Shown here one piece after another: positions 37,306 to 47,055 of a DNA stretch of 64,000 nucleotides. Every line of letters begins with the position of its first letter. Position 1 is the stretch's first letter. The stretch is from an uncultured Candidatus Saccharibacteria bacterium (GTDB lineage: Bacteria; Patescibacteriota; Minisyncoccia; SW-4-49-11), in the NCBI GenBank assembly GCA_964585065.1, contig CAZPCB010000002.1, positions 68,886-132,885 of the forward strand, written 5' to 3'. The notes below the pieces were generated by a model. It did not search any database. It saw nothing but the letters and a program-made list of their open reading frames with translations, and had not been told where the DNA came from. The translations under genes and the position numbers were made by a program.

Positions 37306-37905
37306 ATGTATAGTCGTAAGAAAGTTAAAATCTGTAGAAAATTTGGAGAAAAAATCTTTCCAGAGATTAAGATTAGTGATGAGCGTTTAGCTAAAGCTCC
37401 TGGAGTACATGGAGCTAAGCGACGTCGATCTGTTTCTGAATTCGGAAAACAGCTTCAAGAAAAGCAAAAAGTGAAATATGTATATGGACTTCGTGAAAAG
37501 CAATTCCGACGATTTTATGAAAAAGCTTTGGCTGATGCAGAACCTACTCCTACTGCTTTACTTCGTATTTTAGAGAGCAGACTTGATAATGTAGTATATC
37601 GCTCACATATGGCTGCTACCCGAGAACAAGCTCGACAAATGATTTTACATGGACATATTTTAGTGAATGGTAAAAAAGTTACTATTGCGAGCTTTATCGT
37701 AAAGCCCGGAGATATTGTTACTTACTCAGCAACTAAATCAAAACTTGTTGCTGAATATCGAGAAAAACTCAAGGATTCTGAACTACCAACTTGGCTTACT
37801 TTAGATAAGAAAGCACATAAAGTAGAAATTGCTCATACTCCAGGAGTGGAGGAGCTCAGTCAGAACTTCGACATTGCCCTCGTGATTCAGTATTATTCCC
37901 GATAA
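37306..37905 (+). CDS. rpsD: 30S ribosomal protein S4
   Basis: QLQEKQK, LESRLDNVVYR, ARQMILHGH, YYSR. Confidence 0.96.
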   Translation: MYSRKKVKICRKFGEKIFPEIKISDERLAKAPGVHGAKRRRSVSEFGKQLQEKQKVKYVYGLREKQFRRFYEKALADAEPTPTALLRILESRLDNVVYRSHMAATREQARQMILHGHILVNGKKVTIASFIVKPGDIVTYSATKSKLVAEYREKLKDSELPTWLTLDKKAHKVEIAHTPGVEELSQNFDIALVIQYYSR

Positions 37906-37923
37906 TAATAATCCAATACATCT

Positions 37924-38856
37924 ATGCCTAATCATATCATCCTTCCTAAATCACCAGTACTCGTAAAAGAAGTAAATGCTTCTCAAGCAAGTTATGCTAT
38001 TGAACCTCTTAATCCAGGATATGGAGTAACTATTGCTAATTCGCTTCGAAGAGTTATGTTATCTTCTCTAGAGGGGGTTGCAGTTACTCATTATAGTATT
38101 AAAGGTGTAAGCCATGAATTCAGTACTATTCCTCATGTTTTAGAGGATGTTATTGATATTACCCTTAATATTAAGGCATTACGATTCAATGCAGTAATTG
38201 ATTCTCCTACAATTCTTACCATTAAGGCTCAAGGGTCTAAAGTTGTAACAGGAAAAGATATTAAACTTCCAGGAGGTATAACTATTATTAATCCAGAAGC
38301 TCCTATACTTACTCTTACTGATAAAGATGCAAAGGTAGAAATTGAACTTGTGATTGAAAAAGGTGTTGGATTTAGAAAAGAAGCAGAACAAGAAGGACAG
38401 GCAGAAGTTGGTCTTATTGCAGTAGATTCCATTTTTACCCCAGTGGTAAGAGTTTCTTATGATGTAGAGGATACTCGAGTTGGAGACAAAACTAATTATA
38501 ATAGAATTGTATTCCATATTACTACTGATGGAACTATTGCTCCTGTAGATGTAATTACCAAATCAGCAGCTATTCTAGTAGAACAATTCTCAGCTCTTAG
38601 TGGAGATATTGCTATTACTCCAGCTGTAAAAGAAGAGGAACAAGAGTCTTCAGAACTTGAAGTATCAAGTATCAAGATTGAAACTCTTGATCTTCCACAA
38701 AGAACTATTAAGGCTTTAGAGTCAGCAGGAATTAAGAATATTGCTCAATTAGCACAATTTACTAAGGCTGATTTATTAGAAATCAAGGGATTATCAGCAG
38801 CTGCTATCAAGAAATTGATAGAACAAGTAGCTGTATATGATATAACTCTTGCATAA
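37924..38856 (+). CDS. rpoA: RNA polymerase alpha subunit
   Basis: EPL.PGYG.TIANSLRR, HEFSTI, DSIFTPV. Confidence 0.96.
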   Translation: MPNHIILPKSPVLVKEVNASQASYAIEPLNPGYGVTIANSLRRVMLSSLEGVAVTHYSIKGVSHEFSTIPHVLEDVIDITLNIKALRFNAVIDSPTILTIKAQGSKVVTGKDIKLPGGITIINPEAPILTLTDKDAKVEIELVIEKGVGFRKEAEQEGQAEVGLIAVDSIFTPVVRVSYDVEDTRVGDKTNYNRIVFHITTDGTIAPVDVITKSAAILVEQFSALSGDIAITPAVKEEEQESSELEVSSIKIETLDLPQRTIKALESAGIKNIAQLAQFTKADLLEIKGLSAAAIKKLIEQVAVYDITLA

Positions 38857-38904
38857 AAGCTATAAATAAGGTACAATTGAGTGCATTAACAGGATCACAA
38901 GACT

Positions 38905-39255
38905 ATGAATAAGGGAAATAAGTTACATAAAATAGGGCGAAATCGAGAGCAAAGAAAAGCACTTTTGCGAAGTCTTGCTAATGATTTGATTATTCGTGGT
39001 TCTATTACCACTACTGAGGCTAAGGCTAAAGCTTTACAACCATTTGTAGAGAGAATGGTAACTCATAGTAAAAAAGGATCTATTGCATCTCGTCGTTATG
39101 TATTACGATTTTTGACCAAGGGAGCAACTCATAAATTATTTGAAGATATTGCACCGACTTATACTGAGAGAGTGGGAGGATATACTCGTATTATCAAAGC
39201 TCCTATTCGAGTAAGTGATGTCAGTAAAATGGCGGTAATTGAATTAGTTAAGTAA
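38905..39255 (+). CDS. rplQ: 50S ribosomal protein L17
   Basis: RKALLRSLA, ITTTEAKAK, GGYTRI. Confidence 0.95.
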   Translation: MNKGNKLHKIGRNREQRKALLRSLANDLIIRGSITTTEAKAKALQPFVERMVTHSKKGSIASRRYVLRFLTKGATHKLFEDIAPTYTERVGGYTRIIKAPIRVSDVSKMAVIELVK

Positions 39256-39261
39256 GTTTAT

Positions 39262-39627
39262 ATGCAAAGAGAAATTATTACCATTGATGCTGAGAATAAA
39301 CGATTAGGAGCACTTGCTACCGAAATCTCTAGCCTTCTGATAGGAAAAAATTCAGCACAATTTGAATATCATATTGATGGGGGAGCTAAAGTTATTGTAT
39401 ATAATACCAATAAGCTTTCTATTCATCCAAATAAAATTGCTTCTAAAACCTATTATCGACATAGTGGATATCCAGGAGGAATTAAGTCAATTACAGCAGA
39501 AAAGCAAATGGCTAAGGATTCTACTGAAGTTTTGAGAAAAGCAGTATATGGTATGCTTCCAAAAAATCGACTAAGAGCTAAGATGCTAACTCGATTAGTA
39601 TTACATAAGAATGATATAACGAAATAA
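39262..39627 (+). CDS. rplM: 50S ribosomal protein L13
   Basis: IDA....LG.LA, YYRHSGYPGG, AVYGMLPKN. Confidence 0.95.
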   Translation: MQREIITIDAENKRLGALATEISSLLIGKNSAQFEYHIDGGAKVIVYNTNKLSIHPNKIASKTYYRHSGYPGGIKSITAEKQMAKDSTEVLRKAVYGMLPKNRLRAKMLTRLVLHKNDITK

Positions 39628-39629
39628 GT

Positions 39630-40046
39630 ATGGCAACGACTAAGACTACAGCAAGTCATTATTATGAAGGAGTAGGACGACGAAAATCTGCAACTGCAAG
39701 AGTTCGAATTACCCTTTCACGAAAAAAAGAACATAGTTTTGTAGTTAATGATAAAGCTATAACTGAATATTTTGATTTAGTGGAGCAACATAGTAATATT
39801 ATAAAGCCTTTATCTGTACTTGGAGTAGAGAATTTTGATATTACGGTTAAAGTATCAGGAGGTGGAATTACTGGACAAGCAGATGCTATACAGCTTGGTA
39901 TTGCAAGAGCTTTAGTAAAATATGATGAAAGTTTGAAAAAACAACTCAAAGATAATAATTATCTTACTCGAGATCCAAGAGGAAAAGAAAGAAAGAAGCC
40001 AGGACTCAAAAAAGCTCGTAAATCCCCACAATGGGCAAAACGATAA
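39630..40046 (+). CDS. rpsI: 30S ribosomal protein S9
   Basis: GRRKSATARV, GGG.TGQA.AI, LTRDPR..ERKKPG, QWAKR. Confidence 0.96.
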   Translation: MATTKTTASHYYEGVGRRKSATARVRITLSRKKEHSFVVNDKAITEYFDLVEQHSNIIKPLSVLGVENFDITVKVSGGGITGQADAIQLGIARALVKYDESLKKQLKDNNYLTRDPRGKERKKPGLKKARKSPQWAKR

Positions 40047-40128
40047 AGAGTATTCAAAAGAGAGGAGTATATCCTCTTTTTTGATTCTATATACAAATAT
40101 GATATAGTAATTATGGATAATAAAAAAT

Positions 40129-42837
40129 ATGCAAATAGAATACAAACAGCGCAAAGGATTTACGTTAATTGAGATACTTTTGGTAATAGCCTTAATGGGT
40201 ATATTATTAACTACCGTGCTAGTTGCAATTAACCCTAGTAGACAATTAGCACAAGTTCGTAATGCTCAGAGACAAAGTCATATGCAGGCTTTGCAAAAGG
40301 CCTTAGACTTTTATGCTACTAAAAATGAGGGATCATATCCTCCAGGAGTTACAAGTTCTTATCAAGATGTATGTAATACGGGGACTGAAATAGTAGGAGG
40401 AGTAACCAATTGTACGGGTAAATTAGATTTACGTATTCTTGTCCCAACATATATTGTCGGTATTCCAAAAGATTCACAAGCTATTGGTACTAGCTCGGGA
40501 TATTCGGTAGCACTTAATTCATCTAATAACGGTATTAGTTTAACTAGCGATAAAGCAGAATTAGGATCTACTATCGCTATTAATAAAATAATACAATCAA
40601 GCTATTCAGGATATATAGATTCTAGCTTGGATTCAGATAAACCGGTTGGTTTTGATAATGCTGTGAATGTTGTTTTGCAGCAAAGCAATGGTAAGTTAAT
40701 TGTAGGGGGTTATTTTACTAGTTATAAAGGAGTACCAGCAAATTCTATAATACGCTTAAATAGTGATGGAAGTATAGATAACACTTTTAATGTGGGAACG
40801 GGATTTGATTCTGGTATTAGTACAGTAGTAAGGCAAAGTGATGGAAAATTCGTCATTGGGGGACAATTTGGTAATTATCAAGGTGTGTCAGCAACTAGAA
40901 TAATACGTCTTAATAGTGATGGGAGCAGAGACAATACATTCAATATGGGGACTGGTTTTGCTAGTAATTACTTTGATGGTGCTGTGACTAACATTTTACT
41001 ACAAAGTGATGGAAAATTAGTAGTAGCAGGATATTTTTGGACATACCAAGGAGTATCGGCAAATGGAATAATACGTCTTAATAGTGATGGGAGCAGAGAC
41101 AATACATTTAATATGGGGACTGGTTTTGATAGTGGAACTAATAGTATTATACTACAAAATGATGGTAAGGTTTTAGTAACAGGCTCTGAATTTACTAGTT
41201 ATCAAGGTGTTTCAGCCAGTAGAATAATACGTCTTAATAGTAATGGGAGTAGAGACAATACATTTAATATGGGTGCAGGATTTGATAATTATGTAACTAA
41301 AGTAATACAACAAAGTGATGGAAAATTTGTCATTGGTGGAGGCTTTACCACCTATCAAGGAGTATCCGCAAATAGAATAATACGTCTTAATAGTGATGGG
41401 AGCAGAGATAATACATTTAATATCGGGACCGGTTTTAATGGAAATGGTACCTTCTCAGGATTTTGGGACGGTGGGATAAGTAGTATTGTGCAGCAAAGTG
41501 ATGGGAAATTGGTCATTGGTGGAGGATTTACTAGTTATCAAGGTGTTTCTTCGGGTACTAGCATCATACGTCTTAATAGTGATGGGAGTCGAGACAATAC
41601 ATTTAATATAGGTACTGGTATAGATACTTATGTAAGGATAGTTATGCAGCAGAGTGATGGTCAAATAATTGTAGGGGGAGACTTTACGACTTATAAAGAA
41701 GTCCCAGCAAATAAAATAATACGTCTTAATAGTGATGGGAGTCGAGATAGTAGTTTTAATATAGGGCTTGGACTAAATGGTGCTGTGAATACTGTTATAC
41801 AGCAAAGTGATGGTAAGCTAGTGATAGGAGGAGCATTTACTGGATATAGGGAAGTATCTTCAAAGAGAATAATGCGTTTAAATAGTGATGGAAGTCGGGA
41901 CAGTAGTTTTAATATCGGGACTGGTTTTGATGGGGGAGATGTTTATATCGTTGTACAGCAGAGTGATGGTAAATTAATGGTAGGGGGCTATTTCAGTAGT
42001 TATCAAGGAAGCTCAGCAAATAATATAATACGCTTAAACGCAGATGGAACTCGAGATAATACTTTTAATGTGGGAACCGGCTTCAGCTGTGCTTGTGGTA
42101 GTGGTGTAGGATCTATTGTACAACAAGCAAGTGGTAAATTAATCGTAGTGGGAAGCTTTACTACGTATCAAGGAGGGTCAGTAACAAATATAATACGCCT
42201 TAATAGTGATGGAAGTAGAGATAATACTTTTAATGTGCATGCTGGGTTGAATGCTGGGGCGCAGCAAATAATACAGCAAAGTGATGGTAAATTAATAGTG
42301 GTAGGACTCTTTACTCAGTATTTGGGAGTTTCAGCTAATAAAATAATACGTCTTAATAGTGATGGAAGTAGAGATAATACTTTTAATGTGGGAACGGGAT
42401 TTGATTCTGGTATATCTACGTTAATGCAACAAAATGATGGAAAATTAGTCATAGCAGGTAACTTTAGTACATATCAAGAATTGGCTGTAAATGTCATAAT
42501 ACGTTTAAATAGTGATGGGAGTCGGGATAGTGGTTTTAATTTTGTAAGTTCACCATTAAATTCTACACTAATGACTATTGCACAGCAAAGTGATGGTAAA
42601 TTAGTGATGGGAGGAAGCTTTTCGGGATCACAAGGAAATAGAATAATGCGCTTAAATAGTAATGGGAGTATTGATAATACCTTTAATACAGGTACTGGAT
42701 TTAATCCAGAAGATACTATTGGTTGGAATTGGGTATCTAGCATTATAAAACAAAGTGATGGCCAATTAGTTGTTGGTGGAACATTTACTAATTATAAAAA
42801 TCAACCAGCAGGATATCTGATCAGATTGAATCCATAA
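40129..42837 (+). CDS. type IV pilin-like protein fused to about 14 delta-60-type beta-propeller repeats
   Basis: KGFTLIEILLV; repeated QSDGK.V.GG.F..Y.G.....IIRLNSDGSRDNTFN.GTG units of about 52-60 aa. Confidence 0.88.
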   Translation: MQIEYKQRKGFTLIEILLVIALMGILLTTVLVAINPSRQLAQVRNAQRQSHMQALQKALDFYATKNEGSYPPGVTSSYQDVCNTGTEIVGGVTNCTGKLDLRILVPTYIVGIPKDSQAIGTSSGYSVALNSSNNGISLTSDKAELGSTIAINKIIQSSYSGYIDSSLDSDKPVGFDNAVNVVLQQSNGKLIVGGYFTSYKGVPANSIIRLNSDGSIDNTFNVGTGFDSGISTVVRQSDGKFVIGGQFGNYQGVSATRIIRLNSDGSRDNTFNMGTGFASNYFDGAVTNILLQSDGKLVVAGYFWTYQGVSANGIIRLNSDGSRDNTFNMGTGFDSGTNSIILQNDGKVLVTGSEFTSYQGVSASRIIRLNSNGSRDNTFNMGAGFDNYVTKVIQQSDGKFVIGGGFTTYQGVSANRIIRLNSDGSRDNTFNIGTGFNGNGTFSGFWDGGISSIVQQSDGKLVIGGGFTSYQGVSSGTSIIRLNSDGSRDNTFNIGTGIDTYVRIVMQQSDGQIIVGGDFTTYKEVPANKIIRLNSDGSRDSSFNIGLGLNGAVNTVIQQSDGKLVIGGAFTGYREVSSKRIMRLNSDGSRDSSFNIGTGFDGGDVYIVVQQSDGKLMVGGYFSSYQGSSANNIIRLNADGTRDNTFNVGTGFSCACGSGVGSIVQQASGKLIVVGSFTTYQGGSVTNIIRLNSDGSRDNTFNVHAGLNAGAQQIIQQSDGKLIVVGLFTQYLGVSANKIIRLNSDGSRDNTFNVGTGFDSGISTLMQQNDGKLVIAGNFSTYQELAVNVIIRLNSDGSRDSGFNFVSSPLNSTLMTIAQQSDGKLVMGGSFSGSQGNRIMRLNSNGSIDNTFNTGTGFNPEDTIGWNWVSSIIKQSDGQLVVGGTFTNYKNQPAGYLIRLNP

Positions 42838-42929
42838 TGGTTTTTATATACTAATTTAGTATATCTTTTATCCAATATATTGTAATGACATAGTTTACAA
42901 AGAGAAAAACCCTTCCTATGAAGGAAGGG

Positions 42930-43187
42930 TTAGCGAGAAAAAATCTCATCTACATCATTAAGTTGTTGAGGAGTTAAACTCTCTTGTTTTATTTGCATTA
43001 AGGTGCAAAGACGAATAATATCTGGTCTTTGAGGTTCTAATGGGCTTGGTATATTGGGATTGAGGCTAACTTTGTCTACTATTTTGTCCCATTCTACCAT
43101 TCTTAGTTTATAAGCCTTTTGTAATAAATCAGCCCTATGTACAGGGTCACTCTGTAACATCATTGTGTGGCTAAAATCAGTACGCAT
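42930..43187 (-). CDS. small orphan protein (85 aa)
   Basis: TTGAAC-17-CATACT with extended TG upstream (43245-43217); terminator cccttcc...ggaaggg-ttttt at the stop. Confidence 0.5.
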   Translation of the reverse strand: MRTDFSHTMMLQSDPVHRADLLQKAYKLRMVEWDKIVDKVSLNPNIPSPLEPQRPDIIRLCTLMQIKQESLTPQQLNDVDEIFSR

Positions 43188-43251
43188 AAGAATGAACAAG
43201 AATCACATCGCATATAAGTATGCCATAGACTTTTTAATTGTTCAAGACTTA

Positions 43252-44697
43252 TTAATTATTAAGATTAATAAGAGGGGTTCGAATAGGGAAGCTAAAGTAT
43301 TGAATAATATTGTCAGTATTAGTAATAACCGTCTTAGCATCATTACGTAATTTAATACTAGCTGTGCTAATTACATCATCAAGTAGTATATAAGAATTAA
43401 TGGAGCCTCTGGTATCGGACTCTACTACTTTTAAGGTATTATCTTCGATGAATAAAACATATTCTGAATTTGGTTCCCATAATTCAGATTGAACAATAGG
43501 TTTCTCACTAGTATATAATGTATCAAAATCTCCCTCTATACGAGATTTATACCCTTCAATAGTGTCAAGATATAGGATAGAGAGGCTATTTTTGGTCTTT
43601 AGGAGAGCTTTTTTTGAATCTAGGCTAAATTGTATATCTGTAATCTCAGAGTCTGAAATTTGGTTAAACCCTGGGGTTTTATCGCCAAGTGATTTCAGCC
43701 AAGTATGTTGCTTATCATCAAGAATAATAATATGACCTTGGCTTGGACTAATAAAAATTTTATCTATAATAATATCAGGCGTATTGATAGCAGTGGATTT
43801 CTTAGTGTCAAGATTATAAATACGAATAATATCTATAGTACTATCTTTATCAGAAGTATAGTAAATAGTGTTGTCTACAAAGTCACTATGTGTTATATCT
43901 GCTACAAGAACATCAGAACGGGTACTAAATTGTAGAGTAAGTTCATATAGTGCCCCTCCCTGTATGAATAATAATGTATCAGTATCCAGATTAACAATTT
44001 TAACGGGACTTGCATTAATATCAGTGATAGGGAATTGACTGGTAATATTGGTCAAAATAGGATTAGTATCAATATTAGTTATAACAAAATATTGAAATAC
44101 ATTATTGAGGGAAGTCTTGAAACTAAGAATATTTCCTGAACTATCCCAAGTAAAATCTGAATAATCTTGATTATCTAAACCTCCAAGCGCAATACTATCA
44201 GTAAGACGTTTACGCACTTTGGTATCAAGATTAAGAATCCAAAGTCCAGATTCCTTGGGATTATACGAGGTATATAGTATTGAGGAAGCATCAGGTACTC
44301 TTTGAATATTGCGAGCTGTTGAAAGATCGCTAAATTTTTCTAATTCAGGTTTTTCTGGGAAAAGAGTTACATCACTAATTAATTGTACAAAAGAAGGTTG
44401 TATCGATATTTTTTTAGCCCATGACTGATATCCTGGTAGAGATAATACTACATCTAAATCTTGTGGAGCAAGACCAACTTTCAAGAGTGGGCTTTTGGAT
44501 TCTAATTTGTCATTAATAGTAATTTCATAAGCAATTTTAGTATTGATTCGAACTCCTCCAGTAGAGGTGAGAATAGGTGCATCATTATCATCACGACTAA
44601 GTCTATAGCCCATGCCATATAAGGTGAGTATAGGAGCTATAATAAAGAAAAGAATTATGAGAGTACGGGCAAAGATTTTTTGTATATTTCTATTCAT
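43252..44697 (-). CDS. membrane-anchored PEGA-like/beta-propeller protein
   Basis: N-terminal TM followed by GYR, TGG, PGYQSWAKK; repeated W/F-S-x-D blade motifs. Confidence 0.7.
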   Translation of the reverse strand: MNRNIQKIFARTLIILFFIIAPILTLYGMGYRLSRDDNDAPILTSTGGVRINTKIAYEITINDKLESKSPLLKVGLAPQDLDVVLSLPGYQSWAKKISIQPSFVQLISDVTLFPEKPELEKFSDLSTARNIQRVPDASSILYTSYNPKESGLWILNLDTKVRKRLTDSIALGGLDNQDYSDFTWDSSGNILSFKTSLNNVFQYFVITNIDTNPILTNITSQFPITDINASPVKIVNLDTDTLLFIQGGALYELTLQFSTRSDVLVADITHSDFVDNTIYYTSDKDSTIDIIRIYNLDTKKSTAINTPDIIIDKIFISPSQGHIIILDDKQHTWLKSLGDKTPGFNQISDSEITDIQFSLDSKKALLKTKNSLSILYLDTIEGYKSRIEGDFDTLYTSEKPIVQSELWEPNSEYVLFIEDNTLKVVESDTRGSINSYILLDDVISTASIKLRNDAKTVITNTDNIIQYFSFPIRTPLINLNN

Positions 44698-44706
44698 ATA
44701 TATGTA

Positions 44707-45120
44707 TTATGCTTCATCTAAGGCTTTATTGGCAAGAGCATCAGCTTGTTTATTGAATTCTCGGCGAATATGTATAAAGTTTACAGATTTAAATTTAATT
44801 CTCAAATTCCAAATTTGAATAAAAGCTTTTTGAATTGCTTCATCTTTGAGCTCATAAATTCCTGTTAATTGTTTTTGGGCGAGTTCCGAGTCTAAATAGA
44901 CTTCAACTGCATATTTTTTAGTATTGACCTTGCCAACAAGAGATTTTGTTTTTTCAAGAGCAACCACAATAGCCTGATATTCAGCGTAATTATTGGTCGC
45001 AATACCAAGAGTCTGATGATGGGTTTTAATACTCCCATCTGGTAACTCAATTACTACTCCAAGAGAAGCTGGACCTGGATTTCCACGAGAAGCACCATCT
45101 GTATGTATTTTGATTGTCAT
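44707..45120 (-). CDS. rnhA: ribonuclease HI family protein
   Basis: TDGASRGNPG, TNNYAEY, DSEL, REFNKQADALAN. Confidence 0.9.
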   Translation of the reverse strand: MTIKIHTDGASRGNPGPASLGVVIELPDGSIKTHHQTLGIATNNYAEYQAIVVALEKTKSLVGKVNTKKYAVEVYLDSELAQKQLTGIYELKDEAIQKAFIQIWNLRIKFKSVNFIHIRREFNKQADALANKALDEA

Positions 45121-45171
45121 ATAAGATATAGGTTGATATTAGTATAGCATAAATATATTGAGGGGACAATT

Positions 45172-47001
45172 TTATGCTAGGGGAAGATTTGAGGGCGGAG
45201 AAAGTGTTGGATTAGCTTGTAATTCATTATCCAATGTATAATTGGGGTATAATTGTTCCCACAGCTCTTGGGGAGAATTATTTGGTGTTTTTAAATTCCT
45301 AAGATCAAGTAATCCAAATTGAATCATTTCTCTTGCAGTCTCAAGATTAATTCCAGATACTAATATGAGATTTTTTAGTTCAGGATATTTGAGAATTTCT
45401 TCTATTACAGCTTTCTGTTCCAAATATACCGTATCTTTGGTATCAGAAATCTGGGTATCTGTATTGTCAAAAGAAGAATTCCTGAATAATCTAGTTGAGC
45501 CGCTAAGTGCTGTTTTTATATATTCCTTGAATTTAGATGGACTTACTTGTTTCGATTGTAGAGAGCGAATACTTTCATAATATGTTTTTACACAATCTAT
45601 ATAAGTACCCCCAGATTGTTTGGTAGCCATGGCTCTCAGGTAATTAGGTTGAGGAGGGCTTTCATATCCAAATAATTCTTGAGATATTTGATCTTGATAA
45701 TACATAGCCCCACCTTCTTGGAATAATTCAGCTCTATCTCCGGCAATTTGACTGGAATGTGTATAGAGAGGTAAACCAATTTGGGCAGTATTTTCTCTTT
45801 GAAGAATATGAATTATTTCATGAGTAGCTGCCTTGGTAATTATTTTCTGAATATCCATTTCGGTAGCAGGGATTAATAATGTTTTACTTTGACTATCTAT
45901 TGCAAGAGTGTCTTTACCCGGTCTAATATAGCATCTCCATTTATTATCTGCCGGGTTTATATTTTTGGTTACTTGTTCAGCATCGGCGGGATATTCGCTT
46001 AATAGGTCATAGCTTGCGAGAATTTGGTCTAAATATTGTTTTGCCATTTCAGGAGTGATATTCTTCTCTTCTAATTTTTCTTGGTCTAGGCCTTTTTGTA
46101 AGAGGATTTGAGGCTTTTCTTGATTAATTGATTTGTTTAATTCAGCAATATGATCAGCCATTGTTAATAGATGATTATCTACTTGATTATAATTACCCGT
46201 ATCAGTATCAAGTGTACTTACTCCATATATAAATTTATCTAATTTGTATGGGGGTTTATGTGGAGTATGGGATTCTTCGCTCCGTAAAAATGTTTCTTGT
46301 TCTTTAGTTTCTGCAATGATGACATTAATTCTTTTAATTAATGCTTGTACGCGAAATATTTTAGCATGTATTAAAGCTTTACTTATATCGGTAGTGTCAG
46401 AAGCCTCTTCGGCATATAAGTCAGATCGCTTTTGTTTTAATTCTTGCCTTATTGCTTCTAACCCTTCAATTTTTGCTGTTAAGTTAGCAGGATATTGAAT
46501 ATAGGTGAGTTTTTCTGGGTTTTCAATATTCTCTATATCAAGTTCTCCCGTATCAGGATGAATATGTTGAGATAAAGTCTCTACCATAGTATCAGTATTC
46601 CAATCCGTACTCATTTTTACTAAATCTGTTATGATTTTGGGTTTTAATGTTCTCAGAATTGCAATATTTTCCCTAATATCAATGTCTCCTTCAAGGGATA
46701 CAAATTCAGGAATTTCTTTTAAAATAGCCTGACCCTCTGATGTATCAAAATACTCGGGATATAAAACTTTTTTACCAGTTGCTAACTTATAGTATTCTGC
46801 TAGTTTTTCTACAAAAGGATTCTCAAATTCTATTAAGTTCTGCTTTTCCTCCTCAGAAAGTATTTCCTTTTTTCTTTCACCAGATTCATATTGAGCTATT
46901 TCATATAATAATATTTGAGCTGAATAGGATGGACGCTCTGGATATAATTGAGGTTTATGTTCAGATTTAGGTTCAGTATTCTCAGAAGATTCTATCGACA
47001 T
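45172..47001 (-). CDS. HExxH metallopeptidase, DUF1704/MATCAP(QEGLA)-like
   Basis: THEIIHILQREN plus downstream FQEGGAMY and KDTVYLE; family assigned from motif memory. Confidence 0.6.
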   Translation of the reverse strand: MSIESSENTEPKSEHKPQLYPERPSYSAQILLYEIAQYESGERKKEILSEEEKQNLIEFENPFVEKLAEYYKLATGKKVLYPEYFDTSEGQAILKEIPEFVSLEGDIDIRENIAILRTLKPKIITDLVKMSTDWNTDTMVETLSQHIHPDTGELDIENIENPEKLTYIQYPANLTAKIEGLEAIRQELKQKRSDLYAEEASDTTDISKALIHAKIFRVQALIKRINVIIAETKEQETFLRSEESHTPHKPPYKLDKFIYGVSTLDTDTGNYNQVDNHLLTMADHIAELNKSINQEKPQILLQKGLDQEKLEEKNITPEMAKQYLDQILASYDLLSEYPADAEQVTKNINPADNKWRCYIRPGKDTLAIDSQSKTLLIPATEMDIQKIITKAATHEIIHILQRENTAQIGLPLYTHSSQIAGDRAELFQEGGAMYYQDQISQELFGYESPPQPNYLRAMATKQSGGTYIDCVKTYYESIRSLQSKQVSPSKFKEYIKTALSGSTRLFRNSSFDNTDTQISDTKDTVYLEQKAVIEEILKYPELKNLILVSGINLETAREMIQFGLLDLRNLKTPNNSPQELWEQLYPNYTLDNELQANPTLSPPSNLPLA

Positions 47002-47055
47002 TTTGATATAATGACTATTTTATATTATTATATCATGGAGATATTAAATACAAAA

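Noticed and set aside
40640-42830. Regularly spaced near-identical DNA repeats resembling a CRISPR array
   Set aside because: Period is about 160-180 nt, in frame within a 902-aa ORF, and there are no cas genes; these are protein repeats.
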